Assembly: GCA_964188305.1 (NCBI GenBank)
Contig: OZ076889.1
From: Podarcis bocagei
Lineage: Eukaryota
Direction: 5' to 3' (one strand)
DNA length: 64,000 bases
How positions within the stretch are numbered: the stretch's first letter is position 1; each line of letters starts with the position of its first letter. A program made the translations under genes and the position numbers. The notes below the pieces were generated by a model. That model saw only the letters and a program-made list of their open reading frames with translations, did no database searches and was not told the DNA's origin. This document shows positions 62,950 to 64,000 of this stretch, in pieces.

Positions 62950-63405
62950 GGGGGAGGGGTAGTACCTCTGGTGGGGGACATGTCATGCTCCTTTTGGGGG
63001 TGGTTTGTCCGCGTTTGGTTCCCACCCTGTACAGTAGTACCTCTGGTTATGTATTTAATTCATTCTGGAGGTCCGTACTTAACCTGAAACTGTTCTTAAC
63101 CTGAAGCACCACTTTAGCTAATGGGGCCTCCCATTGCTGCCGCACTGCCACTGCACGATTTCTGTTCTCATTCTGAAGCAAAGTTATTAACCTAAGGTAC
63201 TATTTGTGGGTTAGCGGAGTCTGTAATCTGAAGCGTATGTAACCCGAGGTACCACTGTACTCAGCTCTCTCACCTGTGGCTCTTAGTAGCTGTCAGAAGT
63301 GCCCACACCCTGGGAAACAACTTTGACTGGCCAAATAAACCAGATGAGGGTAGCCGCTGGGTTTCAAATCCTCAGTGAGTTAGGGACTTGCCCTGCATGT
63401 GAAGA
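62950..63405 (+). mobile_element. Second copy of the RTE-like 5' region, interrupted by a MITE
   Basis: Aligns with 30404-30635 (GACATGTCATGCTCC..CACCCTG..CTCAGCT..AAACCAGATGAGGGTAGCC..CATGTGAAGAC). Confidence 0.7.
63032..63257. mobile_element. Tc1/mariner-type MITE (same family as 1-559)
   Basis: TIRs CAGTAGTACCTCTGGTTA / TAACCCGAGGTACCACTG, TA TSD (63030-31 / 63258-59). Confidence 0.88.
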
Positions 63406-64000
63406 CACTGAGCACATGTGTAAATTACCCTGAACATTCGGAAGAGGCTCTTTCTTAACAGTAGACACTCCTTTATATGGTGTCATGAACTAATTTTAAA
63501 ACTTTCCAGTTCCACACGGGGCCACCTTCCAAAGTCTGCTGTAATAGGAGGCTGCAGAATCTCATAAACTCATTTTGTCTTATTTTAAAAATGGGAGCAA
63601 TTTCTTTTTTATATGCAGCATATAATGTAGAAAAACAATTAACTGTGGCAGAAGTTGCATTTTCTACTGTAGGTTTTTCTCTTTATTTTAACTTTTGTTT
63701 TTCCTCTTGGTCTGTCCCCCTCCCCCCAATGTTCTATTCAAAGTTAGCATATATTGAATCAGTAGAATGGCAATATCTAATAAGCAGCCACTTTAGCTAT
63801 AATAAATAGTTTGTGGTAAATTGTTCCATATTTTTAAACAAATAAATAAGCTAGTTTTGAAAGTAGAAAACAAAGGCTTCCCACTTTTCCATGCTTCCCA
63901 CTTTCTTGCAAGTTATTTACAGCCTTTGCCAAGTGCAATTTTTATTGAACCTGTCCTACAAATTGCAAATAAATATTATTACTAATTGGTGTGAAGCTTA

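Overview
Eukaryotic DNA from a squamate reptile, probably a lacertid lizard (inferred from Sauria/Squam1, Squam2-like and Squam3 SINEs, CR1 copies with (TTCTATGA)n tails and squamate MITEs). The window is centred on a CpG-island promoter and first exon (~12.75-14.0 kb) of a + strand host gene that I could not identify. About 50 kb of mostly intronic DNA follows, with two candidate small exons (28753-28832 and 32141-32194, the second carrying ATG-ATG-GAA-TCT-CTG). The only long intact ORF is a full-length Rex1/Babar LINE (APE+RT, 1008 aa, - strand). The rest is a layered TE landscape of CR1, L2 and RTE remnants, tRNA-derived SINEs, TA-flanked Tc1/mariner-type MITEs and a hAT MITE, plus a U6 snRNA retrocopy. 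Highlights: the intact Rex1 ORF with a signal-peptide-like leader, a spliced uORF whose stop overlaps the putative start codon (ATGA), a very young MITE built from four consecutive hairpins, two internally deleted (bipartite) LINEs, a U6 retrocopy with a T-rich rather than poly(A) tail, and nested insertions whose order can be read from TSDs. Family names come from recalled consensus features; no database search was run.
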